From positions 11,185,337-11,249,336 of the forward strand of contig JARFYF010000068.1 in the NCBI GenBank assembly GCA_030265395.1: a stretch of DNA of 64,000 bases, read 5' to 3'. This stretch comes from Rhina ancylostomus (taxonomy: Eukaryota). Under the pieces are notes generated by a model that was given only the letters and a program-made list of their open reading frames with translations, was not told the origin of the DNA and made no database searches. A program made the translations under genes and the position numbers. This document shows positions 26,692 to 41,006 of this stretch, in pieces (the stretch's first letter is position 1; each line of letters begins with the position of its first letter).

Positions 26692-27899
26692 GTAAGCCAG
26701 TTATAGAATATGTAATATTTTGTTTTCTATATGTTTAACTTGTTGACATAGGTATCTAACAACGAAAATGTCTGAACTTGTTTACTGTTTCTGGTAACTT
26801 GGTAAAGAAAATATCATACTGAAACAAATATTCTCACCATTGGTCATAATATATGAAATATACTCGGCTTTTGTCTGTGTGTCACTTTGCATATATGATT
26901 GAACAGTGAAGTCAAAAATGTACGAAAACATCCTTGTAGAAGACGCCAAAAATGCGGGAATATGGAACTATCTTCAAATATTGGGAAGTGTTCTATGTTT
27001 AGAGTGATTGCGGAAATATATAAACGGCACTCCTGCAGACTCAGCATGTACCATGCGTGATAAATGACGCACATCGTGCGAGTTTTGAGACGTTTTGGGC
27101 ATTGTTCCCGTTCTTGACATTGGGAATGATGTCCAGTTGCACTGTTCGGGAAAGGCACCTGGTTTTGTTGAGCTGAGGAGTCGATATACTTTGAACTAAA
27201 CACATCAGGTGTCAACCAGCCATGGCTTCGGTCTCAGAAACCTCGTCCAAGTTAAAACATGGCAAGTTAAATTATGGTTACGAAGTCAATTAATCTTTAA
27301 GTACTGTCGTAATTTATGTTATGCCCATTTATATTTCGTTAAATTATTCTAATATATTTCGATAAATACCATGTTATCAGAATTAATTTGTTCACAAATG
27401 TTTTTAAGAGCGGCAAGATGGTAGCATGTTAATACCATGTTATCAGATTAGCCTCCGGTAAGATGATGAATATTTTTGCTGCGATAAGCGTTGTTAAACA
27501 GGAGAACATGGGTTGTAGATGAGCAGAGAGAGCTAAGAAATGATCTGAGAGGAGTAAGTCTGAACACAGAACTGATTTGGAAGCTGAAACAGGTTACTTG
27601 ATAGCCCCACTGCATTTACGAAGTATTTAAACAAGCACTTGAACCGCCAAGACAGAAGGGTGCCGACAAAGTAATGATCAATTCGATTAGTCCAGGTAAG
27701 TGCAATGGTCACCTTGGGCAAAGTGGGATGAAGGGCTAGTTTTTGTGCAAAACAAGTTTATGACTCGAAGTTGGAGATTTCAATTTCTGTCAGACATGCC
27801 TACTTGCAGGCGGTGGCCTCCTCCATCTTGCGGGATTATCTGCGAAGCAAGAGCTCGTAGATATTGGGAGTGGTAGGACTTCAAGTGCAAAACAGGACA

Positions 27900-28720
27900 G
27901 AGGTTTAAAAAAACATGGAGACCTCAATGAAATGGGGACAATTTAAGCTATTCGGAAGAACATGGGAATAGAATATCATTTGTAAAATGTTTGAAACACC
28001 CTTTGGCGCAAAAATAATATAAATAACAAGGTCGATTTTAAACATCATATTATTGGTAGAGACTATGCTTAAACAGGCTTTGATTTACTTGAAGGTACGC
28101 CCCTAAAAGCAAACGAAGAGGCGAGGAATACGACCAATAATTTTATCGCATGTTCACCTTCATTACAAGTGAATTCAAATCCAATAGAAATGAAGTCTTC
28201 TTCCACTTCAATTGTGTCTTGAAGCGTTGCATACAATACTGGTCTCGTTATTTCGGATAGGGCGATTTTGCCACAACTCAGAGAATAACTGGTTTCCTAT
28301 ATGAAGTGTGGCTGTGTGACATTCGCCCATATTCTATGGAGATTCGAAAACAGATATTTTGAACCTCAGAAAATGTTTGTCCTGTTCGAAAGGTTTGATA
28401 TCATGAGAAAGTGTCTCCTTGTTAAAAATTAATCAAAAATGTATCATAAATTCTAAACAAGGAATAGGCAGCATCTGTCTGAGATGAGAAGGTTGACACA
28501 GTGAACCTTTATTTCAGCAAACTTTGCTGCAGAGGACACTAAATCATGTATCGGAAACTACATGTGAAACAGATAGAGCGATTCCTGGAAATTCCCTAGA
28601 TCAAGACACACAGCTATAGTACAGGACAGGAACACTGAGATGGAATATCTATTTTGAGTTCAACGAATGGCGGAACAGGCTCAAAGTGTCAAATAGCAAA
28701 CTCCTATTCCTAATTCTGTT
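27900..28720 (+). mobile_element. Degenerate CR1 LINE 3' part in the intron of copy 5
   Basis: CR1-like 3' end (..GAATGGCGGAACAGGCTCAAAG...CTCCTATTCCTAATTC); approximate. Confidence 0.45.
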
Positions 28721-29511
28721 ATTATTATTTCAGTCCTCTCGTTCAAAAGTAATTGCCATCAAACAGAGACTCGCATGTGTCCTTGTACAATGAGTTTTTT
28801 TTGTTATGTATCCTGGGGGCAAACATGGAGGAGAAATGATAAGGGCGAAAAACACAATTATTTGGCAGTCATCTTATCGAAGGTATCTCATGAAAAGCCA
28901 TTGGATGTTATCAACAAGTTGTTCGCAAATGACAAAACGATACATAGCCATGCAATGAGATTCTTCCCATTCCATGAAAATATGTCACGTGTTAACATAA
29001 TTCTGTTTGCATAACGGAGGAGTCGTGAAAAGAAATCGTGGATTAAAATTGAATAGATAGTACGACGACAGATTGGTGAATATTTTTTATTAAAACAAAT
29101 TCATCGTACTGCAATCGTCTGCAAATGTGCCAGAACATGACCTTGGATAAACGGGATAAAGCAAATGTTTCCCTCCACATACGACAAAGAAAATATTTTC
29201 ACAATTAAATCGGAACAGAGCAATTAGATCTGTGCATTTTGAAAACTCATTGATCAGACTGCATGCATTTGAATAATGAACCCTCATTGCGTTGCTCTCC
29301 AAAAAAAAACGCATTTGGAAATACATATAGAGTAATGATGCAAGTTTTGAAAAAGCCTCGTTCGGTCAACATTCTGAAATTCATGTGATGGATTTAGTGA
29401 AATGTGATACGTGAAAGCGTATTGAAATAAATTCAAATTGTGATAAAATTATGATTTAAATACTGTCCCTTTCTGACTAACTGTAATGAATTTTCCCCTC
29501 TTCATCGGCAG

Positions 29512-30416
29512 CTAATTTGGCGACGATCTGTATCCTGTCCTCTGGAAAGTGCGGACTCTCCAGATGCATCATTCTATATATAAAATGGATGACGGCAGCT
29601 AATCTAATGCACTTAATCGTCAGCAGAATACTTTATTGGATTAAGAACGCGTATTTCCCACATTCATTTCTGAACTACACCCCTGTTTGCAGTCTTAATC
29701 TAGCCCTCATTTTTGTTTCCATTGATTGCTCTGTCTGGTTTACAGTGGCATTTACATTTGATCGATTTGTTGCGATATGTTGCCGGTCGTTAAGAACAAA
29801 ATATTGCACAGCTATAAACGCAGCAAGGGTTATAACAATTATTTGTTTGTTATGCGTATTTGAAAATATTCCATTGTACTTCACACTTGAACCTCTGGAA
29901 ATAATTGACATGGTGCCATGGTTCTGTAATGTAGAATCAAGCTTCTACTTCATATCTGCATGGGCTGCATTCTTATGGTTGGACATAATCTTAACGCCAT
30001 TTCTACCATTTGTGATGATCCTCCTGTTTAATGCCTTGACGATACGGCATATAATAGTGGCTAATAATGTCAGAAGAAAACTCCAAGGGAGGAAGACTGA
30101 AAAGAGACAGAAAGATCAAGAGATTGAAAACCGAAGAAAATCAATAATTTTACTGCTCACAATATCTGGAAGTTTCATTATGTTATGGGCGGTAAATTTT
30201 TCCACTTACATCTCCCTATATTTTACAGATAATCAATTGATGAAATCAAACGACGATGACGTTTTCAGTATTGTGGAAGAAATTGGATATCATTTAAGAT
30301 TTTTAAGTACCTGCACGAATATCTTTATTTATGCAGCCACCCAAAGTACCTTCAGAGAAGAATTGAAGAAAATGATTAAACGACCTCTTGCCTCTATTGC
30401 TAAAATATTCAAATAG
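29512..30416 (+). CDS. GPR139-like class A GPCR copy 5, exon 2 (intact; 322 aa spliced)
   Basis: Acceptor TTTTCCCCTCTTCATCGGCAG|CT AAT TTG; open frame to TAG. TM1-7 with TPVC, SVWFTVAFTFDRFVAIC, NIPLYF, PWFC, PFLPFVMILLFNALTIRHI, ENRRKSIILLLTISGSFIMLW, STCTNIFIYAATQSTFREE, resembling GPR139/GPR142 (GLPANILT, SIWITVPLTIDRYIAVC, NFFLY). Confidence 0.92.
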
Positions 30417-31540
30417 ATTATATGGCTTTGTAACACGAAACACTTGTGTGCAGAATGGATGCGTTTCTGTAGAAACACACACCAAGAAATCGACAAAATA
30501 TGTTAGTACAGAGTTTCTCCGAAAACGTATGTGCTCTATTTTCATTTTAAAATATATGAATGCCTGTCCAAATTAAACATTAACCGATAACAACTGTTTT
30601 GATTCGAAATGAAATATTGGAAACAAACAGGTTTTCTGAGTTTAACTGAAATGATCTCAACACCGATTTAGTTTGTAGGAATCTCCCATATGTCGGTGTG
30701 AATATTTTTTCTTACTCAATGACAGTAAATGGGACTACCTAATTCGTCGTTCAATTCTTCTGAAGAGCGAAATACAGCCTTTATTCTTCAAATCGATGAC
30801 CTACATCGGATGTTAGACCCGTTAAAAATTAAACTCGTTTTGAGGAGAGAGATTAAAATTTTTCGATCACAAAGTAATTAACTTGCAGGATTATTTGTGA
30901 CCAGAAAGGAGGGAATGACGTTAATGCTTCCGGTATTGGTTAAGGGGGAATGCTAAATGATTTTTTATCACTTCTGATCTGCCGAACATGTCAGAGCTGT
31001 CAGAGTAGGATGAATACTGACAGAAAAGTACGGGAATCGAAATACACATTTGGTGGAACTTCAGGAAATGTGAAATGATATTGGATTCTTGGTATATTCA
31101 GAATGTCAAAGAGCATCAGCAGAGGAAAACAAAACAGGGGTCAGGACTTAATTTTCAGGGGTGAAAAACTGTTAATTCTAGAATTGCAAAACGTAAACAG
31201 AAAATATAAACAGGTCGGAGACCCTTGAGGAATGAGGAACGGTTAACATTTCAAGTCCTGAACGCTCCATGAAGAAATCAGGGCCTTAAAAGCGGCACAT
31301 AATAATTGGATGTGATTCCGCATGATAGAGGTCCAACCCAACTTCATTTGCTCCTATACCACCATTAATAAAATTTCTACAGTTGCTGAACATGTGTCGG
31401 CAGCTGCAATTGGCAACGGATGTCGAAGATATTGTAAGACATATCGCAGTTTTGTATCAGGAGGCATAAACATTTCGTAATCTTGCAAAAGACATACATT
31501 TCTGGTATGTGTAGTTCATTGAGCGAAAGAAAATAATTTA

Positions 31541-31845
31541 GGGGCAGCACGGTCGGATGCTGTTTGCCTAACGCTATTATAGCGCCAGCGATTCGGTTTC
31601 AATTCCGGCTGATGTCTGTAAGTAGTTTGTGCATTTACCCCGTGTCTGCGTGGTTTTCATACGGGTACTGCGGTTTCCTCCCAAAGTCCAATGAAGTAGC
31701 TTAGGAGCTCTGGGCATGCTATGTCGGCGCCGGAAGCGTGGCAGCACTTTGCGGGCTGCCCCAGCACATTCTTTGCAAAAGATGCATTTCGCGGCGTGTT
31801 TCGATGTATAGTACATGTGATCAATAAATAAAACTTATCTTATTA
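31541..31845 (+). mobile_element. Near full-length tRNA-derived V-SINE
   Basis: GGGGCAGCACGGT.. A box, GGTTTCAATTCCGGC B box, V domain GTCTGCGTGGTTTTC..GGTTTCCTCCCA, and an AATAAATAAA(CTTAT)n tail. Confidence 0.75.
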
Positions 31846-32044
31846 TATTATAGCTAGCATTAAAGCAGAGGCCCGTAGAATTTAACCTAGTTATGTCGTT
31901 AGTTGGATAATCTGGGCTCTGTCGTTTCGGAACAGTAGTATTCGGGCGGAGATTTGACAAAGGTAGTGAAAATAATGACAGAAACTGAAAAGCAAAGTAA
32001 AATGGAAATTAGACAGTGAATGTGAAATACTGGACAGACGGCCT

Positions 32045-32291
32045 AGCATTTTTATACTTTGTGTATGGTAACTTTTACGCACTTCATCTGTGTACAATTT
32101 ATTGTTTATTAATTGTTGACAGCAAAATGTAATAACTCTTTCACTGTTGAGGAAGAAATTGGCTACCTGCCAAGATGTTTGGGTACCTGCACGAGCACAT
32201 TGAATTTTGCCTTCTCACATGCAAATTCAGAGAGGAATTGAAGAATATGATAAAGCGCCCTCATGCTGTCATTGCGATCTTATTCCATTAA
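32045..32291 (+). pseudogene. GPR139-like receptor TM6 to C-terminus remnant, copy 6
   Basis: ..NSFTVEEEIGYLPRCLGTCTST..F REELKNMIKRPHAVIAILFH*; not in the ORF track; stops and frameshifts. Confidence 0.75.
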
Positions 32292-33759
32292 GTCACATGG
32301 TTGTATAATCCTGTATGGCATAGCTATATGGAGTGTCGTTTCGCTGTCTATCAGACATAGACATTTAGAAATCCATAAAATTAACATTCTGCTTTGTCAA
32401 CCAATTGCTGGATGCATTTTCGTTTTCTGAAGTCGTAAGACAGTCCTTAGTTAATCAGAAACAACGAATAACTTTGTTATTTGGATTTGAAATTTTATAA
32501 AAAGTAAGACACACGCACACCTGCAGATTTCAATTGAAGTAAACACAGCGCCAGTTTCAGTTTGTGGGATTCACCGACCTGTCAATGTGATTGCTCATTT
32601 ATGAGTGAAATCGGAATATGTTTGAAATATTCAAAAATAATGCATCATCTCCAGGTGGAGAAATCGAGTTGTTTTTCGCGTCCAGGCCCGCCCATCACAG
32701 ACAAGAAATGTCTAAGTATACAAGACGTGGAATGGTCTGTGGAAGGAGATCGCATGAATTGTAAAGAAAATAGCCCTGACAGTTTTGGAGAGACAGTGAT
32801 GTAAGTGGTGTTGGTGTCAGTTGAGAACGTGTGGTGAAATCCTGTTCATTCCAGCTGATCTCTCTGGAAATGCAAACGGTTGAAGATGAATATGGAAAGA
32901 GAAGAAAGTAAACAAGCAAAGTATACTTGGAGCCGACGTGCACTGTGCGACACTTAAACGAAATCTGAAGTAAAAGAGATTGATTGAAATACTTAACGGC
33001 AAGCAGAACTTGTGGAGAGATCGACGCAGATTTCATGGCCTCGTTCGTTCTAATACGAACAGGGAAGACAATTTGCAAGAAATCATTGAAATCAATGTCG
33101 GGAGGGCGACCACATACCAAGAGAGAAAGCTGTTCCCTAAACTTATGTTGGGCTGCTCTTGGTATAGCGTAAGATACCAAGTACCGAGAGGTCCCACTGG
33201 GAGTGGGAGGGAGAAGTTAAAACGACGTTTTCAGCTTGATTAACCTTGCCGTTCATCCTTTATTGTCCCCAGTGACCATATTGAGGGCATCAACCACAGT
33301 GTGCTAAATTGAAGGAAGTGTACATGCATCGCAGCTTTGCCGACAATGCTCGTGCATGTCTCCGGATGGTGGAAAAGGGCAAGGGAAAACAGCACGTGGT
33401 ATACTTCGTGCGAATTCATGTGAAGATGCCATGAAAAGTTAAGTTTCTTATGAAGATGGAAGAATGAACCATAGAGTTGTGAAGGGAATGGTCTTTAATC
33501 CTGCTGAAAGGCGTGGAGAAAGTAGATCTGGTGCGCGCATTTCATTGATAGTTTATGAAGTTATGCAACAAGATCTATTTAACCTGGATGTGAATGAGGG
33601 ACGTTACGGAGAGGGGAAATAACTGATGATTTATCAGAAAAGGTGGTTGGGAGAACGAATGATTAAGCCTGAACTTTTGTTGGCCTATTAAGATCTGTCG
33701 GACGGGAAGCCTCTGTTGTGGAGAAAGGTTGTGAACGATATACGTGAGGAGATTTGAGA

Positions 33760-34590
33760 GAGTCAAAGATAAAAATAGTACGGCAACAGGCCCTTCAGAC
33801 CAACTGGTCCATGCAGACCAACGTAACTTTCCAAGCTTGTCCCGTTTGCCTGCACAAATATTTTATATACATCTACCGATCCAATTTTCTTTTAAATGTT
33901 GTAATGGTATCCACCTCTATCCATTCATCGGGCAGCTCGTTTCATTTGCTCACAGCCGTCTGTTTGTAGAAGTATTCCCTCAGGATCCCTTTAAATTATT
34001 CATCTTAAACCGACGTGTTGTAGTTTTAGAGTTCTTATTCTTAGGGAAAAACACAATGACCATACATCTTATCCATGCCCCGCCTGATCTTATAAACTTC
34101 TACAGGATCACTCCTCCAACTCCTTCTCTCCAGGGAAAGCAATCTTAATTCACTCAGTGTATCCTTATATCTCATGTCCTCCATCACCGCCAACATCCTT
34201 GTGAATATATTCTTCATACCTTCTCGCTTAATCACATATTCTCCACAGTATGGTGACTAGAACTGCACACAATTTTCCATGTATGGTCTCACCAACATTT
34301 AGTTCAACTGTAATCTGATGTCCGTGCTATTGTAATCAATGTCCTGTCGTGCGCCATACACCTTCATATCACTTCTGTGGCTGCGCGGCCGCTTTCAGGA
34401 AACTATGCACTTGTACCCCAATGTCTTGCTGTTCATTCACACTGCCCAAAACCATCTCAAACATTCTGCATGCCCTGACATATTTTAACTTCGCAAAATA
34501 TAGTACTTCGCACTTATCTGAGTTAAATATATTTGCCATTCATTCGCCTGTTTGGTCTGTTGGTCCAGATCCTGCTCTGGGGCATGTTTT
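33760..34590 (-). mobile_element. CR1 LINE 3' fragment
   Basis: ORF 34041-34235 FTRMLAVMEDMRYKDTLSELRLLSLERRSWRSDPVEVYKIRRGMDK is the CR1 ORF2 C-terminal motif (LGLFSLERRRLRGDLIEVYKI). Confidence 0.8.
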
Positions 34591-34799
34591 GTTTCTGGTT
34601 TCTAAGAATCGTACTGGTGTTTTGGAAATCCTTTATAGAATTGTAATCTCTATTAGAATTTACTCCCCAAAATAAACAGTATTTTAAAATATCAATTTAA
34701 AATAAAATAATTATCTTTAGTCAGCTTCGTTAACTGGAAGAATATTCTCCTTGGGTGATAGGATGGATTCATTGGCAGAAATAATGCTTATAGATAAAT

Positions 34800-36300
34800 G
34801 AATTGCTTCAGTAAAGAGATTAAAATAGTTACGTAAAATAGTCTTTGAACTGCTTGTTGAAACAGCAGGTCATAACTTACGTTTAGGACTCCAGAAAGGG
34901 TACACTCAATATCATCACAAGGGATACGATCTGTAGTTGCACCAACCAATCTCCGTTCCGTTTCTCCAATGCAGAACAGACCATGCATTACATACATGTT
35001 GGTAGACGTATACGTTAATCGCTGTTTCACCCTCAATGAACGTTGCAATAGTTGCGTGATGGGAAGGGACGATGCATAAGGCAAGTGTGCATGGAAAGAG
35101 GCCTGGACTATTAGGTGATGGAAATGGAAGAGTGAAATAGAAATTTTAAATGCAACATTTATGTTGAAATGATAAAACGAGTGGAACTGAAGATTATATC
35201 TGATGGTGGAATCTGTTTCAGTTTGGCTGAAAACATGGAGGGAGTTCATTGAATGCGAATGAAAATAGGAGGACTTTGAGGGTCATCTTGTGAAAGCTGA
35301 AATACAGGAAATTGAGCAAGAATCGTAGAAATCACCGGATAAAATGGAGAGAATAGTGCGATTTGTAAGAAATCATAACATTTCCGGAACTTTGGTGTGG
35401 AAAACATTATTAAACGAAGAGTTGAGATGAAGCCAGAAATAAATGAGAGAATTGAATTCGGTAAGTACAGAAACCGGGCGGGTGTTCTGGGGACAGTTAT
35501 GTTCAAAATAGCCGTGAAATCCTGTGGGCTGTAACTTGTCACCCAAGGTATAGAAAGGAAATAAAAAAAGAATGGAACTTTCGAGAACAGGTCATGGAAA
35601 AGCGAGTGCCGCATGGAAATTGGCAGCGAGGGTTATGAAACAGACAGATTCTGAACCCAAACAGATACCAATATATGAGCAACACAGTGAAAAAAATACG
35701 AAAGGAAGGCAACCTGGGTGGGAACGGACAAAGGTCTTTCCACGCATCAGATAAATAGGCAGGAATAGCCTTGTCCTATGCTTGCTCCATGAACAGCACT
35801 TTTCATTTGAGTGGACAGATGTTAAAAATGACATTGGGTTCCATAAGATGTGGGAAGATAATTCTGAGGTGTTGAGTGTGGCCTCCATAGAAGGAGGAAT
35901 CAAACGTCCTTCAGGTCATCCGAGGAAGGGCCATGTTTGTGCTGAATTTAATCCAGGTAGTGAAAGGAAACTTATAACCATTGTGTGGTTGAGAGCATGT
36001 ATGTAAAAGGAAAGAGTCACTGATGCAAGAACGTACAATCTGAACAGAGAGTGAAAGATCAGTGCCAAAGTACACTGAAGTACATTCGTTGCTAGTAGAA
36101 CAGGCCTAATAACAGGTCAACCAGAACAGAGGTGTTTGGTGGTCTTGTAAATTAGGAAGAATCAATTTGTATTGCTAGTTGACTTCGTGGCTTCTGTTTG
36201 CAGAGGCCAAACCACAGAAGGAAACAAGGGGAGTAACAGTCTATGATAGAATGGCCTGATTTTCATCTGCGATATTATCGTACAGAGACAGGTCAGATAA
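34800..36300 (-). mobile_element. Penelope-like element remnant (RT-GIY-YIG)
   Basis: ORF 34788-35249 contains RVKQRLTYTSTNMYVMHGLFCIGETERRL, a PLE GIY-YIG motif. Confidence 0.65.
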
Positions 36301-37599
36301 CGTCAGAACACCGGCACTTTAAGGTTACACACAATACATGGAAATGGGGTGCTTTCGGCTTCTGTATGTCCATCAAAGGCTTTGTTGTTGGAAGCGTCGC
36401 CGCCGATTATCTGGACTCTGACAAGTGGCATAATTTTTCAATCACACTTTATTTATTGTGCACAAGGAGAACAGGCCGTGCCCTGTCACGAAAATATTCT
36501 AAAGTTTCAACAAGGAGTTGTCTTTTATAAACCTATGNNNNNNNNNNNNNNNNNNNNNNNNNNNNNNNNNNNNNNNNNNNNNNNNNNNNNNNNNNNNNNN
36601 NNNNNNNNNNNNNNNNNNNNNNNNNNNNNNNNNNNNNGACAGGAAAGTCTAAAATCGATGAGGACAAATCAGATGGTCATCACGGTCAGCATGATGAGGT
36701 GGACCGAGAAGTTCCGGTTCTATGAAAATCAAAATGTTGGGTTTGAGAAATGATTCTCTCACTTGTCAACATCTGCATTGCTTTTGAATAAGAATAGAGA
36801 ATGCTGGGAATACACACCTGGTGCAATATTTGTGCAGAAGGAAACAGAAGAAGTGTTTTACGTTGATGGTCATGTCACATATGGAAGGACTATATGTTGG
36901 ATGTATTTATTCGAACCTGAGTGGGATAATCCGCTCCGTGTTCCTCTGTATGAAGCGTGTAATTGTCCTTGTTTCCCAACATCTCTGGCTTCCTTGCTCG
37001 TGTATTTTGTTTCAGGAGAGTGATGAATGTATTGGCGCTGCTTCCTGTTCATAAAAACAACGCAGCTGTTTCAATATCTTTCTTGCCGGTTCCGACGCTG
37101 CAGTCAATTTCAACTTACCCATCTGTGATTTCCCTTCATCCCTTAGAACTCTCTATATCAATAAGGCTGTGCTAAATAAAAAGACAATGCCTACATTAAA
37201 CAGGAGACAGTTCGATATTGAATGACGTTAGTGGTTGTTCACGGGATCACGTGCTTATTCACATCTGATCTTTTAGGCGAATTCGGCAGGTGGAGTTGAA
37301 TATTGAATATGTGAGGAGAGTAATGAAAAGAATGATGGGCGTTACATTAAAAGACACCGACAGAAAATATCAAAAAGTGGATGCTTGAAATACCTCTAAT
37401 TCCAGGCAGCATATATGGATAAAAGAAACAGAATTAACGAAATGAGAGTTACCCATCTGCAGGTCTGATTGTTTTTAAACTAATGCCGATGGTTGCTCCC
37501 AAAACAGAAGGGCAGCCAGCATATCTTCTGAGTATCGTCAAAGGGGTCTGCCTTTAGTGTTTCCAGTACGGAGGAGACGCTATTTTTGGCACCAAAATC

Positions 37600-38900
37600 A
37601 TTACCCTGAAGTTGTAGGAGCGTAAGATATGGCAGGTTCGGCCGGACCTGGTTCAGTCGTCTCTGGTATTCGGAACGTTGGAAGCAAAAGATCAGATGGT
37701 GCACCTGGTGCTGTTTCATGCAAACGTTCCCTGCGCAACATAATTACTTCTGGGGATTGAAATAGCGAACTGGGGAGTTACAATGTGAGTGGTTTATTGA
37801 ACTGCTGAAAGATGAGCGAAGTGAAAATATTCTAATAGTGGCACACATTGGATGTGAGAGAAGTCACAGAACACAATGTCTTGAATACGGAGGCTGGTGA
37901 GTGGATACTGAGGACCAGGTGAACCCTACTAATTCTTAGTGTGGAAATAGAAAGGGCCAGAGTACAAATGCGTAAAATTAAGCAGGCGTGCTTGAGAGCC
38001 CATTTAGCTGTGGTGGAGGGAAAAACACCGTTGAGAAAGATTTCTAACTTGTAAACACCATTGTGGAAAGTGTCATTAAGACATCAATTATGACGGAGTG
38101 AGAACGTGGAGAATGGAATGTTTGGAGAAAGTTGAGACACGTAGGCAAGTTAAGTATGGAAGTCAGAGTACAGAAAACCCATTAAGTGGCATTGATATGG
38201 AGAGTTCAAAGAAATGAAGGGAAATCATAAACGAGTAATTTGAAAGTGAGTGCAGGGTCTAATCGTCAGGGAAGACTTTGAAACAGCTGCGTTGTCTTTA
38301 AGAACAGAAAGCAGCTCCAAGACATTCATCACTCTACTGAAACAAACTACACGAGCGAGGACGTCAGAGATGTTACGAAACAAGAACAATTACACATATC
38401 TTTAAGGGGGATACTGAGATGATTTCCAACGCAAGTTTGAATAATTACACTTTTGTTAGCTGCAGGAAATGAGTAGAGGTATTTTTCAAAGTGAGAAGAA
38501 GCTCTATAAAGTTGCAGGCTGCAGCGCTGAAGGGAACTGGTTGTGCTACTCTATAACGAAGAATCAAACGTTGATCAATGACAGGGAATAGTAGGCGAGG
38601 GCGAATTGGACAATCATGTTGAAAATAATCCATTTTGAGTATAGTAATTTACCTGTGAGCATAAGCGATGGTATAGCTGTAAATGCGATGTATAGCTGTG
38701 AATGCAAGTGGAAGAAAACGAGTGAATCTAAGAAAACGGAAGGTTTTCTGGACAAGTCGAGGCAGAAACAATTGCTCTTCCAGTACAGTGCTGCTTCTGC
38801 AAATTTTGGAAGTGTTTGCCTCTCCGTATCTGAATATTTTGTGATCACACATATTTCTGCAGATTTCCGAGTGTTGGTGATTGTTTGTAGAATGAGAGAC
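37600..38900 (-). mobile_element. Old Penelope-like remnant inside a duplicated block (paralog at ~52050-53300)
   Basis: Antisense PLE RT-like sequence, collinear with ~52050-53300; approximate. Confidence 0.45.
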
Positions 38901-39185
38901 AACGAAATTCAGTGTTTTGTCCTGCTAATTATTCGAATACAACTCGAAACGAAATGAGTGCATTAATTCCAGAACAATTGTTTTAAATTAATGCGTGATA
39001 AATGTACTATCTTCCTTACCCACGTTCAATTTACCGAGTATTGTTATTAAATTAGTTTCACGATATATACCATAATAACCCCGATAAAATGCAGCAACAA
39101 ACATATGGTTGAATCAGCGTGTTCAAGAGAATGAATAATTAACTTCACCATGGGCTATTCATTCTTCCCTGAAGTTTGTGTAAGA

Positions 39186-39193
39186 TATAAATA
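39186..39193 (+). promoter_or_regulatory. Putative TATA box of copy 7
   Basis: TATAAATA 78 nt upstream of the mutated start codon at 39264. Confidence 0.55.
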
Positions 39194-39263
39194 AGGCCTA
39201 AATTTGAAAACAGGATATTTTCACGTCTGTTCAACGACAAAGAAACGAAGTTTCTCTCCGAGA

Positions 39264-41006
39264 ATATGACTACCTGTAATCCCCCAGAAATCACGGATTT
39301 ACTATCCAATTCTTGTAATGATTGGCGTTCCTGGTAAGCCTTCATAACATAGAAACACCCTACTAATACATTCCTTTCGGATAATGTGATCGACTCCCAC
39401 TTGTAAGCCTCACGTAGTTTTGCGTTGAATTAAATATTAAAGCGACCAAAGCTGTAATATATTTAGAGGTTGCTAAAAGAGACCAAATAATACTTTCTAC
39501 TATTTATTATATCCGTCCAGCGAAAATAAAAGAGCTTCTTTCGAACTTAATGGGATTCTTTGTCTTACTTCAGGCTCACTGCAATGTTCCTCCGATCTTG
39601 CTGCAGAGATCATCTGAAGGTGATGAAAAGCATACTGATCCCATGGAACCTTCGACTCTGAGCCCGACAACAGTTCTCTGCTCCTCGTGTCACTGTTAAC
39701 TCAGCTGCTGGATGAAAGTCTGCAAACCATCCTGCAAGTGATAATTGGATTATTCGATATTTTACCCCACGCCCCGTTATCTGTGAATAGTACTTGCAAC
39801 GGAAAAGATCGGCATTCTGACTCCCAGCACGAACACAAAATAATGTTGAATGTGCAATCATTCTTGTTTCCCAAAACCAATGTTTTCCATTTCTGAAGGC
39901 AAGTCGGACATACTTGTCCTTTCACAAACACATTGAAAAAAAATATACTTCAATAACCTGAGCATAATCGATAGATCAGAATTAAAAATAAAATCACGAA
40001 CATAAAATAAAGCCAGTATATTGACAGGGAGACTAATTGGTTGCTAACTCACCCGGTGCAATAAACGTTTAAAATGGAAATTCCTTTATGCTTTTGCAGC
40101 AATTTGATGACAATCTTCATCCTGTCCTCTGGAAAGTGTGGTCTGCCTGAATACATCATCCGATATCTAAAGTGGGTGGCAGCAGCTGATCGAATGTACT
40201 TGACTATTGGCACATTTCTTTATAAGAGTAAGCAGGCGTATTTCCACAGTCATTCCACAATTACATTCATGTTTGCAGTCTTGCGTTCGCCATGACGTAC
40301 TTTTCCATTGATTGTTGTGTCTGTATGACATTCGCTTTTAGCTTTGATAGATATGTTGCTGTTTGTTACCAATCGTTACGAACGAAATACTGCACAGCAA
40401 AAAAAAAACGCATCGCGGATTATAACAGTGATTTGTTTGTTCTGTATTTTCGAAAACAATATTACAGGATACCTCATTTGAAACCTCTGGAAGTAATTGA
40501 TAAGATGCTGTGGTTCTTTCCTATAAAATCAAGCTTCCACACCTCACCACTTTGGGTTGCTTACTTGCAGTTGGAAACAATATTAACCCCATTTCTGGCA
40601 TTTGTCTTGATGCTCACGTNNNNNNNNNNATAGACCGTAAGGCATATTATACTGACCAGCAGAGTCAGGAGCAAACTTCCAGAAATTAACAGTGGGGACA
40701 GCCAGACTGATCAGCAGCTTCAGGGCATAAGGAAATGAATTACTTTACTGATTGCGATATTCTGCAGTTTTATCCTGTTGTGGATGTTAACTTGAGCTGG
40801 CTTCATATTTGTGCCGTTTATTGCTTTTTACTTGTTGGCAACAAATTACAACGACTCCTTTACCATTGCAGAACAACTTGGCTCCAAGATAAGATTATTG
40901 AGCACCTGCACATAAACTTTCATTTCCGCAATAGCTCAGAGGAACTTCAGAAAAGAATTGAAGGATATAATTAAACGCCAGCTCGTACTCATCCTTAATG
41001 CATTAT
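39264..41006 (+). pseudogene. GPR139-like pseudogene, copy 7 (exon 1 39264-39333, exon 2 from 40100)
   Basis: Exon 1 ATA TGA CTA CCT GTA ATC..IYYPILVMIGVP-G|GTAAGC (start lost, stop gained); exon 2 NLMTIFILSSGKCGL..WVAAADR..FDRYVAVCYQSLRTKYCTAK with several frameshifts; closest to copy 9. Confidence 0.88.

Noticed and set aside
29675-29911. Antisense ORFs over receptor exons (also 7748-7960, 16838-17041, 56149-56352)
   Set aside because: Shadow frames of the receptor coding sequence with no independent support.
26628-30416. Calling the intact gene the true GPR139 ortholog
   Set aside because: Too divergent from the highly conserved GPR139 and one of many tandem paralogs; no gene symbol assigned.
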